A stretch of 64,000 nucleotides of DNA, from assembly GCA_041178185.1 (NCBI GenBank), contig JBEGVS010000024.1:22284-86283 (forward strand), given 5' to 3'. The notes beneath the pieces were generated by a model. It saw only the letters and a list, made by a program, of their open reading frames with translations, did no database searches and had not been told where the DNA came from. The first letter of the stretch is position 1, and the number at the start of each line of letters is the position of its first letter. This document shows, piece by piece, positions 8,635 through 17,757 of the stretch. The DNA comes from Pseudomonadota bacterium (lineage in GTDB: Bacteria > Bdellovibrionota_C > UBA2361 > OMII01). The translations under genes were made by a program, and so were the position numbers.

Positions 8635-10221
8635 CTAGTGTCTAAAATGTCGATCGCTCGCGAAGAATAGCGAGAGGTTATTTGCATTCGCCGTTTCTTT
8701 AACGTCATCGTCCCTGCGCGCGCCTGCGGGAGCAACCACACAGGTCACCCCCTCGGCTGCGAGCGTTTCAACCGAATCCGGGAACGGGAAGAAAGCGTCT
8801 GACGCCGCTACCGCTCCATTGAGGAGGTGCCCGTGTAGTTTCGCCTTGCGAATCGCAAGCTCCACCGAATCGATGCGACTCATCTGTCCCGCTCCTACCC
8901 CAACGAGGAGCCCGTCACGAACAAGTACGATGGCATTTGATTTGACGTGACCAACGATACGCCACGCTAATTCGAGATCCGCCAGCTCCTCATCGCTCGG
9001 AGTACGGGATGATGAGAGCGCCGCGTGAGCGATACGCGAACGATCGATATCGGGCTCTTGAACCAGCACCCCACCGGCCACCGTTCGAGCGTCAAATCCC
9101 TTCAGGGTCGACACATCCACCTTCAGAATTCGCAAGTTTTTGCTCGTCCGAAGCACATCGAGCGCCCCCTCGACGAAGTCAGGCGCAAGTACCAACTCAG
9201 CGAAGTCACCCCGTATCTCCTCAGCAGCCGCCCGATCAACGGGGCGATTGCAAACTAAGACTCCCCCAAAATGGCTTCGAGGATCGCATTCCTTGGCCCG
9301 TTCAATCGCCTCAACCACCGACTTACCAACAGCAACTCCACACGGATTGAGATGTTTCAATATCGCCACCGTGGTGCGCTCACTTGGAAGATCAGAGAGG
9401 AGCCGTATTCCCGCGTCGAGATCCAGCATGTTATTGTACGACAACTCCTTTCCACCCAACTGCTCCCACCGAGGTCCACTAAAGAGGGTCAAGGCATCGG
9501 AATTCGGCCGGTACAGGGCTGCCCGTTGATGAGGATTCTCTCCGTATCGAAGATCCGAAACCTTGGAGAGGGTGACGGTACACTCAGAGGGAAGCCCGGC
9601 CGATTCAGAGGTAGCAGACCCGGCAGAGACAAGGTCTCCAAAGTATCTCGCTATAGCTCCATCATACTGCGAAAGGGTTGCAAAGACCTTACTGGCCAGT
9701 CGGCGACGCATCTCAAGTGAGAAGGGATCTCCGGAGGTGCGTTGAGAGAGCGCCGCTATCACCTCCGGGTAATCGGCTGGATCAATAAGCGGCAGAACGA
9801 AGGCGTGATTCTTCGCAGCGGCTCTGATCATCGTCGGACCACCAACATCGATTAACTCGGTCATCTCTTCAGGCTTGGAGGCTTTTTCGCTCTGCACGTA
9901 CTTGAGGAACGGATAGAGGTTAACGATAACGAGATCGATCGGCCCGATCTCAGCCTCCTCCATCTGTTTAAGATGATGAGGCTGATCTCTGCGCGCTAAG
10001 ATACCTCCGTGAATCTTCGGATGGAGCGTTTTCACTCGCCCGTCAAGGAGCTCGGCGAGTCCTGTATACGACTCAACTGAGGTCCACGGGACCTTGCCCT
10101 CATCGAGAGCTTTGCCGGTTCCAGATGTGGCCAGGAGGGTATATCCAGCCTTATGAAGGGCTGCAGCCAATTCGGGAAGACCACTTCGATCGGAGACACT
10201 CAAGAGGGCACATTTTTTCAT
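8635..10221 (-). CDS. purH: Bifunctional AICAR transformylase/IMP cyclohydrolase
   Basis: ALLSVSD, GRVKTLHP, IDVGGPTMIRAAAKN, LRYGENPHQ, KHLNPCG, SDAFFPF and terminal RHFRH. Confidence 0.98.
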   Translation of the reverse strand: MKKCALLSVSDRSGLPELAAALHKAGYTLLATSGTGKALDEGKVPWTSVESYTGLAELLDGRVKTLHPKIHGGILARRDQPHHLKQMEEAEIGPIDLVIVNLYPFLKYVQSEKASKPEEMTELIDVGGPTMIRAAAKNHAFVLPLIDPADYPEVIAALSQRTSGDPFSLEMRRRLASKVFATLSQYDGAIARYFGDLVSAGSATSESAGLPSECTVTLSKVSDLRYGENPHQRAALYRPNSDALTLFSGPRWEQLGGKELSYNNMLDLDAGIRLLSDLPSERTTVAILKHLNPCGVAVGKSVVEAIERAKECDPRSHFGGVLVCNRPVDRAAAEEIRGDFAELVLAPDFVEGALDVLRTSKNLRILKVDVSTLKGFDARTVAGGVLVQEPDIDRSRIAHAALSSSRTPSDEELADLELAWRIVGHVKSNAIVLVRDGLLVGVGAGQMSRIDSVELAIRKAKLHGHLLNGAVAASDAFFPFPDSVETLAAEGVTCVVAPAGARRDDDVKETANANNLSLFFASDRHFRH

Positions 10222-10464
10222 GGAAGAATCTCTAGCTACGTACGAACGTTACAACCGCGCCGTAAGGATACTCTGCCCCCCCTTTCCTTTCCAGTATGAG
10301 TCTGCGCTGCTGAACTCTTTCCCGAACTGCCCGAGGCCCCTCGCTCTGGCTGGGAACGTCCCATGCTCCACACGCTAGTGCGGCGCGACGAGCCCCCTAA
10401 GGTAACGGTATATTTGACGAAACGTCCCTGCCCGCAGGCAAGCCGCGGCAGTAGCTCAGGACCG

Positions 10465-12447
10465 TTATTCGGCCTTCACATCCGCGAGTGCGCCCCGAAT
10501 ATCCGCCAACTCGCCCTCGAGACGCTTGCGAAGTGCTGCCCGAACGCTTTCCTCAGGGCTCTGGACCGTACGAAGAAAATCGACATCCTCTTGGGCGTTG
10601 GCCGTTTGGGCGCCAACGATATCTCGGCGAGCCTTGAGGTCTTCAAGCTGCCGATAGGTCTCTGCCAACACACCATCGATCGCTATCACGACCTCCTCCC
10701 GGAGCTTGTTTTGAAGCTGCGTCCGTGCCTCGGATAACGTCTCGACCTCTCGACGAAGCTCATCGTTAGACGGGTAGAGCTCATACTCGTCCTGTTTCGC
10801 TTGCAGACGATAGGTCGCTTCGGTCAGCTCGGTCGCTCTCTTCTTCACCCGCTCGGAAACTCCGCCGACACGCTCCATCTCACCACCAAGTTGGAAGAGG
10901 TCCTGCCCATCACTCTCAGCCTTCTTTTTCCTGCCGAACCACAACGAAAGCTTCCGAGAGGCGATATCTATCTGGGACTCTATCTCTTTGAGCTCTCGGG
11001 AGAGCTTATCACGTTGAGACTCAGCTCGTTGAAGCCCTGCCGCCGTAACATCTGGACTCGACTCCGAGAGCATCGTCAGTTGCGTTTCAATCTTTGCGGC
11101 GGCGCCCTCGAGGGCGCTCCTGTTGAGGGAGAGCCCGCTCTGAGGTCCGGGTCTGCCACGGCCGATCGACGCCACAGACTCGAGTCCCCCTATCCGACGC
11201 GCTATCTCCGGAAGCCCTTCACGAACCCCTGACGAGGTACGATTGAGCGCGAGCTCTCTGGTGAGATCCTCGAATTTGGCACCCGAGCCCCGCTCCTCAG
11301 ATCCAGAACGCGACGTCACCGAGCCTATCGACAAAATATCGGGAAAGGCTCCCCATCGGCGAGCGACATCACCGACCACAAGACCAAAGATAACGGCCGC
11401 CCCAAGCATGAGAGGGATAGGAACCCCCTGGCTCTGATAGTAAATACGACGCTTTCGCTCTTTGAGGCTCTCCCGTTCAGCGTGATAATCTTTGGGCTCC
11501 TCCACTCGAGGAGCAGGGGCACGCTCTGCATCGTCGCCTTTCGAGAGCGCACTCTCTTGCGCCATCAGCCCCGAGGGCCCATCTCCCACGGAAGCGCGCG
11601 TCGTTTCGCCCACACGCTGACTCGCGCTAGATTCCGAAGCTGTGCGCGCTTTATGGAAGTCGTGTCCTCGACGACGCTCCCCACTGTCACCAACCGAGAC
11701 AACCACGACGGTTATATTGTCAGTGCCTCCCCGTCGATTTGCGAGATTGATTAAGATCTGATTCGCGTCATCAAGCGGGTTCTGCCGCACAACATCGAGT
11801 ATCTCGGTATCCTGCACAAAATTGTAGAGACCATCGGAGCAAAGGACATAGATATCCCCCTCCCGTGGCTCATCACTCTCACGCCGGCACTCCACGACCA
11901 CCTCTGCAAGCGGTCCCAAGGACCGCGTTAACATGTGGGAGACTGGGTGATGGTCCGCTTCCTGACTCGAGATGGCACCCGAGCGAACTAATTCCCGCAC
12001 GAGGGTGTGGTCCTCAGATATCTGCGCGATCGAATCACCCCGAATGCGGTAGGCTCGGGAGTCTCCAACATTGACCACCAGCATCCCCTCCGGGGTGAAC
12101 ACCAATCCCACCAGGGTGGTGCCCATACCAGCGAGGTCAGGCTGCGTAGCCCCTTGCTCAAAGATCTTGGAGTTTATCGTTGAAACGATCGAAATGAGTG
12201 CGTCGGAGGTTACAGCTCCACGGAGGGCTGAAAGCTCATGCTCTAAAACAGACACAGCGAGTCGTGAGGCGATAGCACCCCCCTTGACCCCTCCCATTCC
12301 ATCGGCGACGAAAAATCCCTGAAAAGCGGCATGCCGTACGACTACAAACGAGTCCTGGTTCTCCTGACGCCGCATGCCGACATCTGTACCAGCGGCACAT
12401 CGTAACAAGGAGAGATCCAATCCTCTTTGCTGCGCGGAGGTTGTCAT
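10465..12447 (-). CDS. PP2C-family Ser/Thr phosphatase (Stp1/PrpC-like) with a transmembrane segment and a C-terminal coiled coil
   Basis: TDVG.RR.ENQD, VADGMGG, GMGTT, NVGDSRAY, LCSDGL and GGTDNIT. Hydrophobic IPLMLGAAVIFGLVVG, then a heptad-rich tail. Confidence 0.9.
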   Translation of the reverse strand: MTTSAQQRGLDLSLLRCAAGTDVGMRRQENQDSFVVVRHAAFQGFFVADGMGGVKGGAIASRLAVSVLEHELSALRGAVTSDALISIVSTINSKIFEQGATQPDLAGMGTTLVGLVFTPEGMLVVNVGDSRAYRIRGDSIAQISEDHTLVRELVRSGAISSQEADHHPVSHMLTRSLGPLAEVVVECRRESDEPREGDIYVLCSDGLYNFVQDTEILDVVRQNPLDDANQILINLANRRGGTDNITVVVVSVGDSGERRRGHDFHKARTASESSASQRVGETTRASVGDGPSGLMAQESALSKGDDAERAPAPRVEEPKDYHAERESLKERKRRIYYQSQGVPIPLMLGAAVIFGLVVGDVARRWGAFPDILSIGSVTSRSGSEERGSGAKFEDLTRELALNRTSSGVREGLPEIARRIGGLESVASIGRGRPGPQSGLSLNRSALEGAAAKIETQLTMLSESSPDVTAAGLQRAESQRDKLSRELKEIESQIDIASRKLSLWFGRKKKAESDGQDLFQLGGEMERVGGVSERVKKRATELTEATYRLQAKQDEYELYPSNDELRREVETLSEARTQLQNKLREEVVIAIDGVLAETYRQLEDLKARRDIVGAQTANAQEDVDFLRTVQSPEESVRAALRKRLEGELADIRGALADVKAE

Positions 12448-12448
12448 G

Positions 12449-12496
12449 GGCTGCTACACCAAACGGCTGCTACACGAAACGGCGGCTACACGAAAC
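12449..12496. repeat. Three 16-bp tandem direct repeats immediately upstream of the PP2C start codon
   Basis: ggctgctacaccaaac / ggctgctacacgaaac / ggcggctacacgaaac. Confidence 0.85.
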
Positions 12497-12617
12497 TTGA
12501 GTACGGTCATCTGTGGTTAGGCATGCTCATACCTAACCCATCGACAATTCTACCCCTTACTATCGGAGATAAGAGTCGCCAACTCAATAAAATAGAAATA
12601 TCCGAGACACGGGGACT

Positions 12618-13694
12618 CTATTTAACCTGCCGAACGAAGATCTTTCCGTCGAGGTACTTTTCACGCTTGAGCTGGCCAAGCATTCGATCTGCTTGAACTT
12701 TATTATCTTCAGGACCCACCATGACCCGGTAGAACGGGGATCTTCCCGTACTGTTATCTTCAACAACCACCGGGAAGCCCGACCTCCTCAATCTTCGGGC
12801 AAGATCCTCAGCCTCCCCCTTGGTCTTGGGAGCTGCGACCTGGGCAAAGTACCCCTTGGGAAGACGCTTCACGACGGCTACCTTCTCCTTCTTGGTCTCG
12901 GCAGGTTTGGTAACCTTTGAAGCCGCGCCCTCATCCTCTACCGCTGCGGCCTTCTTGGGGGCCACCACTTTTGCTGGCACTTCAACTGCGGGCTTGGAGG
13001 CGGTTGTAACGGCGTCAAGCTCTGAACCTGTTCCCTCGATGACTCCTGCCTCTCGACCGAGAACACGTACCTCCCCTCCCTTGCCGATGATCTCCTTCGG
13101 GGCACCCTCTTCAGCACTGACCTCTGCACCTCCAAGATCTTGGTTGAAGATCGCCTCAGGGTCAGAGATAGGGTCACGTTTGACGACAACAGCAGACTCA
13201 GCCTCTTTGGATCGTTGCACTACCTCTTGTCGACCCTCTTGCACGGCTTTAACAACACGCTCATCCGGAACCTGTGGCTTTACGGCTTCCGCCAGCTTCT
13301 TTTCATCGGAGCCAACAACAGCGGAACCGCCCAGTTGTCCGTACACATCATCCCATCCCTTCTTGTTCTTATCCGGGAACTCCTCATTGAGCGCGAGCTT
13401 GGGCGCCTCGACACCAGAGGCGGTTCGCGCCGTTTCAAAGCCTACATACCGTCCAGAGAAAAATCCGATAAAATACGCGCCGAAAACAGCGCCAATCGCT
13501 AGACCGAGCCATACCACCACCTGGAGCGCGCCAAGGCGGATCTCCCAACCACGACCGTTGCCGCGTCTCGTCGTCATCGATGGCCTCCCGTTATCCTCTG
13601 TGGGGCGTAAGCGAAACCCCCGAGTCAATCCCCGTCCGGCCCCGTATAAAGAGGAGCCTTGCTGTGTAGCGTGCTCTGCTGAAGACTTGCGCAT
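12618..13694 (-). CDS. SPOR-domain cell division protein (FtsN/DedD-like)
   Basis: N-terminal TM, acidic/disordered linker, and a C-terminal SPOR domain (YFAQVAA...AEDLARRL...FYRVMVGP...FVRQ). Alternative start at ATG 13577; both starts have GGAGG-like RBS. Confidence 0.88.
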   Translation of the reverse strand: MRKSSAEHATQQGSSLYGAGRGLTRGFRLRPTEDNGRPSMTTRRGNGRGWEIRLGALQVVVWLGLAIGAVFGAYFIGFFSGRYVGFETARTASGVEAPKLALNEEFPDKNKKGWDDVYGQLGGSAVVGSDEKKLAEAVKPQVPDERVVKAVQEGRQEVVQRSKEAESAVVVKRDPISDPEAIFNQDLGGAEVSAEEGAPKEIIGKGGEVRVLGREAGVIEGTGSELDAVTTASKPAVEVPAKVVAPKKAAAVEDEGAASKVTKPAETKKEKVAVVKRLPKGYFAQVAAPKTKGEAEDLARRLRRSGFPVVVEDNSTGRSPFYRVMVGPEDNKVQADRMLGQLKREKYLDGKIFVRQVK

Positions 13695-14941
13695 CCACCC
13701 TCCATTACTGCCGGTAGTATACCGACAATACCGAGCACTAGACCAGCGTTTATCTGCATGGTCTCATCAGAGAGATCGCCATTTTTGAGTGCGGATCGAT
13801 ACTGGGGTGCGTTTAAAACCGAGTGCGCATCCGCAGCGAACTGCTCCGCTACCGTACTCCAGGCGACCACCTCACCCTCGCGCACCGCTCTCGCGGTAAG
13901 CGCTGGCAGTAAGAGGGACCGGATCAACAACGCACGTTGCCGCAGGGGAAGCGAAACAACTCGGTCGAGCAGCTCTCGCTGGCCTTCCGGCGCATGAGGG
14001 AGTACCAGCTGCGATACGCGCTGATGCAGAACTTGGAGGCTCCACCGCGGCGAGGCGCACTCGTCATACAGGGCTACCGCTGGATCGAGGTCACCTGAAG
14101 GGATCGATGACGCCATGTGGTGAATCCAACGAAGCCACGCCTCACGGCCACTCAATCGACGAACAACCTTCTCAAGGGAGGACAGCGATAGCAACTCCGA
14201 GAGAGCACGCTCCCGACTCAAGAGCCATCCATCCGAGGGAATCTTAAGAAGCCCTGTGCCCGCATTCCGTGTCTCAACAAAGGACTGCTTCACCTCCCGC
14301 GAAAGGCGATCGTGGTAATGATGGGATGTCCACACAACAACCGGTGCCTCGTGACTCAGAAACTCCTTGGGAACCGCGCATGAGCGTCGAGACTCCCCCT
14401 CATTTAGAAAGGCCCGATTCACTGCACCATGAACGAGAGCGATAACCTCATCTTGAGTTGTAACCTCTTTGGGGGCCTCAGGTTCGAGGACCAGACGACA
14501 CCCTCCCTCAAACGCTACAGCCAAAAGGGCTTGCATTGCGCTACATGCGATAAGGCGAAGACGAGCATAGACCGGCGTGGTCGCATCAGGGACGAGACAG
14601 ATAATCGTTCGAGAGGTGGATCGTTTTTCGCCCTCACCAAAGAGGTCCTCTCTCAGCTTTGCCTCTTCGCGAAGAACGTACAACGGCGCATCGGTGAGAA
14701 CGATATACCCGGCCACGACATTCCACGTTCCCGCGACCTTGCTTGAGAGATCAGACACCAATTCATTCGCAATGGCGAGGGCGTCACCCCTGAGGGCTCG
14801 AGCAATTTCGATAGCGGCTGTGGAGCTCACCTCGCCCTTCGAGAGATCAAGCATCGGTAGAAAGCGCGAGTTTGGCGTGACCTCGACCGATGGATAGCGG
14901 CGCTGGAGCGACTCTGAGAGAATTCGAGTGAGTGTACTCAT
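13625..14941 (-). CDS. Degenerate arginyl-tRNA synthetase-like protein (ArgRS N-domain plus DALR-like domain, catalytic motifs lost)
   Basis: GEVSSTAAIEIARAL..DALAIANEL..AGYI resembles the ArgRS N-domain. DLDPAVA..SPRWSLQVLHQRV resembles DFDLDLA..NPVYYVQYAHAR. Located upstream of a SPOR gene like argS, with an ATGA overlap with the upstream gene. Confidence 0.65.
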   Translation of the reverse strand: MSTLTRILSESLQRRYPSVEVTPNSRFLPMLDLSKGEVSSTAAIEIARALRGDALAIANELVSDLSSKVAGTWNVVAGYIVLTDAPLYVLREEAKLREDLFGEGEKRSTSRTIICLVPDATTPVYARLRLIACSAMQALLAVAFEGGCRLVLEPEAPKEVTTQDEVIALVHGAVNRAFLNEGESRRSCAVPKEFLSHEAPVVVWTSHHYHDRLSREVKQSFVETRNAGTGLLKIPSDGWLLSRERALSELLSLSSLEKVVRRLSGREAWLRWIHHMASSIPSGDLDPAVALYDECASPRWSLQVLHQRVSQLVLPHAPEGQRELLDRVVSLPLRQRALLIRSLLLPALTARAVREGEVVAWSTVAEQFAADAHSVLNAPQYRSALKNGDLSDETMQINAGLVLGIVGILPAVMEGGCASLQQSTLHSKAPLYTGPDGD

Positions 14942-16056
14942 GATCCGCATCCGCTCTTGAGACATTCTAAGAAATCTTGTTGCCGAAGGAGCCCATACAT
15001 CGCCAGTCCATCCGCCTTCGATTGGATAGCCGAGGCCGATACCTGTCCCTCAACGGCGGCTTTTGCTCGTCGTAGCATCCGAGCTCCCTCGCTTGTCGCT
15101 TGAGCGATATCCTCCCGCCCATCCTGCAGCAGGAACGCGAGTATGATCACTTTGCCGGCCTCAAGAAATTCAGCGGGGGTAACCACGCTGCGGTACGGAA
15201 CGATTGCGCGAACCGCTTCAACCACATCATCTCCCCGATCCTCGTCGATGATCGGCAGACTCGAAAAGAGCCGACGATCAACGAACTCTTGGATCACCTC
15301 GGCGGGAGACTCTTCACCGAGCGCAGTCACCACCTCGTTCCACACTCGACGGGGAGACAGCGTCGCCAAGGCCCCGCCTCGCACCGCCTCATAGAAACCT
15401 GCCAGCGTCGCACGATCAAAATTAAACGAGAGGCGTACCACGTAGCGGACTGCTCGAAAGAGTCTGGTTGGGTCATCGATAAAGCTCTGGGGATGAAGTA
15501 TTCGGAGCGTCGCGCCCTTGATATCCGAGAGCCCTCCACACGGATCGATCACGTGTGCGTGTAAATCATCCGCTGAGAGCTTTCCGAGAAGAAGGTCCCG
15601 GTATGCAGAGAGCGGCAGCGCGAGCGCGTTGCTCGAAAAATCCCGTCGCCACAGGTCGTTCTCAATCGTGGTCGGTTTCACTACGGGAAGAGCGCCAGGC
15701 CGGGAGTACTCCTCACTGCGCGCGGTGGCGATATCGACCTCAGAGAGGTGCGGGGCAATTCCGTCCTCTGACCGAAACGGCGAGAAGAGCTTTGAGGTTA
15801 GAAAGCTGACATGTTCACGGCGTTCGCCTCCGATCTCGCCTTGCAGAGCTAGAGAAAACGCCAGCCCATTTCCCTCCACCACAAGATCGAGGTCGTAATC
15901 ACCGATCGAGCGTCGCATCAGCAGATCCCGAACGAACCCTCCAACTATAACGACTCGCTCCCCCCGAGCCTCGGCGACACGCAGCGCAGCGTCGACCACC
16001 ACCCGCAGGGGCACGGAACCCGAAGGAACAATTTTTTCTTTTGCTAGATCCGACAC
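14938..16056 (-). CDS. tRNA nucleotidyltransferase (CCA- or A-adding, poly(A) polymerase superfamily)
   Basis: VGGFVRDLL, DLD, DIATARSEEYSRPGALP, DLWRRDF and SFIDDPTRLFRAVRY. Confidence 0.9.
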   Translation of the reverse strand: MSDLAKEKIVPSGSVPLRVVVDAALRVAEARGERVVIVGGFVRDLLMRRSIGDYDLDLVVEGNGLAFSLALQGEIGGERREHVSFLTSKLFSPFRSEDGIAPHLSEVDIATARSEEYSRPGALPVVKPTTIENDLWRRDFSSNALALPLSAYRDLLLGKLSADDLHAHVIDPCGGLSDIKGATLRILHPQSFIDDPTRLFRAVRYVVRLSFNFDRATLAGFYEAVRGGALATLSPRRVWNEVVTALGEESPAEVIQEFVDRRLFSSLPIIDEDRGDDVVEAVRAIVPYRSVVTPAEFLEAGKVIILAFLLQDGREDIAQATSEGARMLRRAKAAVEGQVSASAIQSKADGLAMYGLLRQQDFLECLKSGCGS

Positions 16057-16067
16057 TCTAGAAAACT

Positions 16068-16637
16068 CTATTCAAGTTCGTCGTCACTCATGATCTCGTT
16101 GTTATAGATCGGAATACCAACAGACTGCTGATATCGATACTTCCCCTTATCATCGTAGCGAACCGCACTCGGTGTCTTGAGCTCGAAGAGAACCACCCGA
16201 GCGATCTTCATCTTAGGATAGAGCAAAATTGGGTTAGGCCCGTGGTTAGCCAACTCTAGGGTTACCGGCCGATCACTGTGTCCAGGATACACCATCATGG
16301 CGGTCTGTACGATCGTCAGCCCCACTCGCGCCAGCGTGCTGCGCCCTTCAATCATGAACCCGAGGGAATTTCCAACTGTCACATTTTGGTAGGTGTGCCC
16401 GAGGATAAACTCACCCGGCTGAAGCGCGTACGGCTTGTCAGCAGTGATGAGAATCGAATCGTAGGGAGGTGGGCCCGCCTTCATGACGTCCACCACGTGA
16501 CCCGATTGGGGCTTCAAGAGCTCGGCGCCCAAGTGCATCGTGATTCCTGAGGAGCGAATCCACTGCGAAGAATACGGGGAAACCTTGAGCTCCCCACTCT
16601 CGATAACCCGCTTAATATCGGCGTCTGACAACATCAT
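16068..16637 (-). CDS. dcd: dCTP deaminase
   Basis: MLSDADI, LQPGEFILG, EGRSTLARVGL, TLELAN and YP.MKI. Confidence 0.88.
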   Translation of the reverse strand: MMLSDADIKRVIESGELKVSPYSSQWIRSSGITMHLGAELLKPQSGHVVDVMKAGPPPYDSILITADKPYALQPGEFILGHTYQNVTVGNSLGFMIEGRSTLARVGLTIVQTAMMVYPGHSDRPVTLELANHGPNPILLYPKMKIARVVLFELKTPSAVRYDDKGKYRYQQSVGIPIYNNEIMSDDELE

Positions 16638-16889
16638 AATGAAAGGCTCCCTGGATGATCGTTTCCCTGTAATTGGGCCGGCCACAGTACGAAGATACGG
16701 GCCGCTTCTCAAGGCTCTATCCCCTAATCTTGCGACCGAAGCGTGTCCCAAATCAAAGCCATTCTCAACGAGCTGTAGTTATTACACTTTCTCGCATGTG
16801 AGGGAGCTCCGTCAACTCACCCGTACACTCTTGCTCGAACCCGCAGACCAGGTATACACTCGCAACACTTTCAATACGATAGGGTATCT

Positions 16890-17153
16890 ATGGAACTCAA
16901 AACTAGCGAAGTGAACGGTGCTTTTAGATGGCTTTTTGGAGCGGGAGCTGCCGCAATCGGCTTGAGCCTCTTCCTCTTCTGGGCCGACGACTCCGTTATG
17001 GGCAAAGCTAAGGAGCGTGACATCGCTCATAATGCCCAACTTCGAGAGCTGCGGGTTGCTCAATCCGGACTTCCATCGGGTGTAACCGATGAGCGTCAGA
17101 CCCTCCCCCTCGAGATCGAGGCTGAGGCACAGGGCGGGACCGCAGCGAAGTAA
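16890..17153 (+). CDS. Small hypothetical membrane-anchored protein
   Basis: Single hydrophobic segment (WLFGAGAAAIGLSLFLFW); lies upstream of the TPR gene. Confidence 0.5.
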   Translation: MELKTSEVNGAFRWLFGAGAAAIGLSLFLFWADDSVMGKAKERDIAHNAQLRELRVAQSGLPSGVTDERQTLPLEIEAEAQGGTAAK

Positions 17154-17177
17154 TCTACTTCGTAATCTACTGCACAC

Positions 17178-17723
17178 GTGCAACGAATCATTCGCGCCGT
17201 CGTCACTATCTGCGTCAACACCTTGTGGGATATCCGCCCTCACGCTACGCGTATGGGGCGTTCGACACCCGCGGCCCTCGCCACCGAACAAGAGCCGACG
17301 GACGGGGGTGAGCTAGAGGCTCTGCGGGCCCTCATCCGTCGCTTCCCGTACTGGGTCAGGGGACGGGCCCTGCTTGCCACGAAAAGCATCGCGGCCAACG
17401 ATATAGCGACCGCATATGCTGAGGCGCAAGCCGTCCTCACCCTCGCTCCCAAAAGTTCCCGCTACCACGCAACAGCTCTCTTTGAACTCGGTCGATGCTT
17501 CTTGCGACGAAACGACCCCTCCTCTGCCCTAGCCCTTCTCGACCAGGCACACGAACTCACACCGAACGACCTGAGAGTTCAAGAGGAGAGATCTGCGGCG
17601 CTCGTTCTTCTTGGAGATAAGGCACGCGCCCTCGAGATCTTAACAACCATCACCCCGGCCAAACTTTCTGCCGAAGGTAAGGCAGCTCTGCAGTGGCTTT
17701 CCACCGAGCGTCCGAGTCTTTAA
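17178..17723 (+). CDS. Tetratricopeptide-repeat protein
   Basis: TPR-like helices ALFELGRCFLRRND..SALALLDQAHELTP and ALVLLGDKARALE. Confidence 0.7.
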   Translation: MQRIIRAVVTICVNTLWDIRPHATRMGRSTPAALATEQEPTDGGELEALRALIRRFPYWVRGRALLATKSIAANDIATAYAEAQAVLTLAPKSSRYHATALFELGRCFLRRNDPSSALALLDQAHELTPNDLRVQEERSAALVLLGDKARALEILTTITPAKLSAEGKAALQWLSTERPSL

Positions 17724-17757
17724 CCAGGCTTCGTGACACCCTTCCGGGGCTGCCACA

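Noticed and set aside
10222-10464. Possible ZMP/ZTP riboswitch upstream of purH
   Set aside because: The minus strand lacks the conserved GACUGGCG and CGCCUGGG elements.
12449-12496. 16-bp repeats as a mini-CRISPR
   Set aside because: The repeats are too short, directly abutting and have no spacers.
12820-13788. Long antisense ORFs (this one, plus 7524..8318, 27197..27913, 36157..36939, 46497..47165 and similar)
   Set aside because: They are shadows of well-supported genes on the opposite strand and carry no recognisable motifs.
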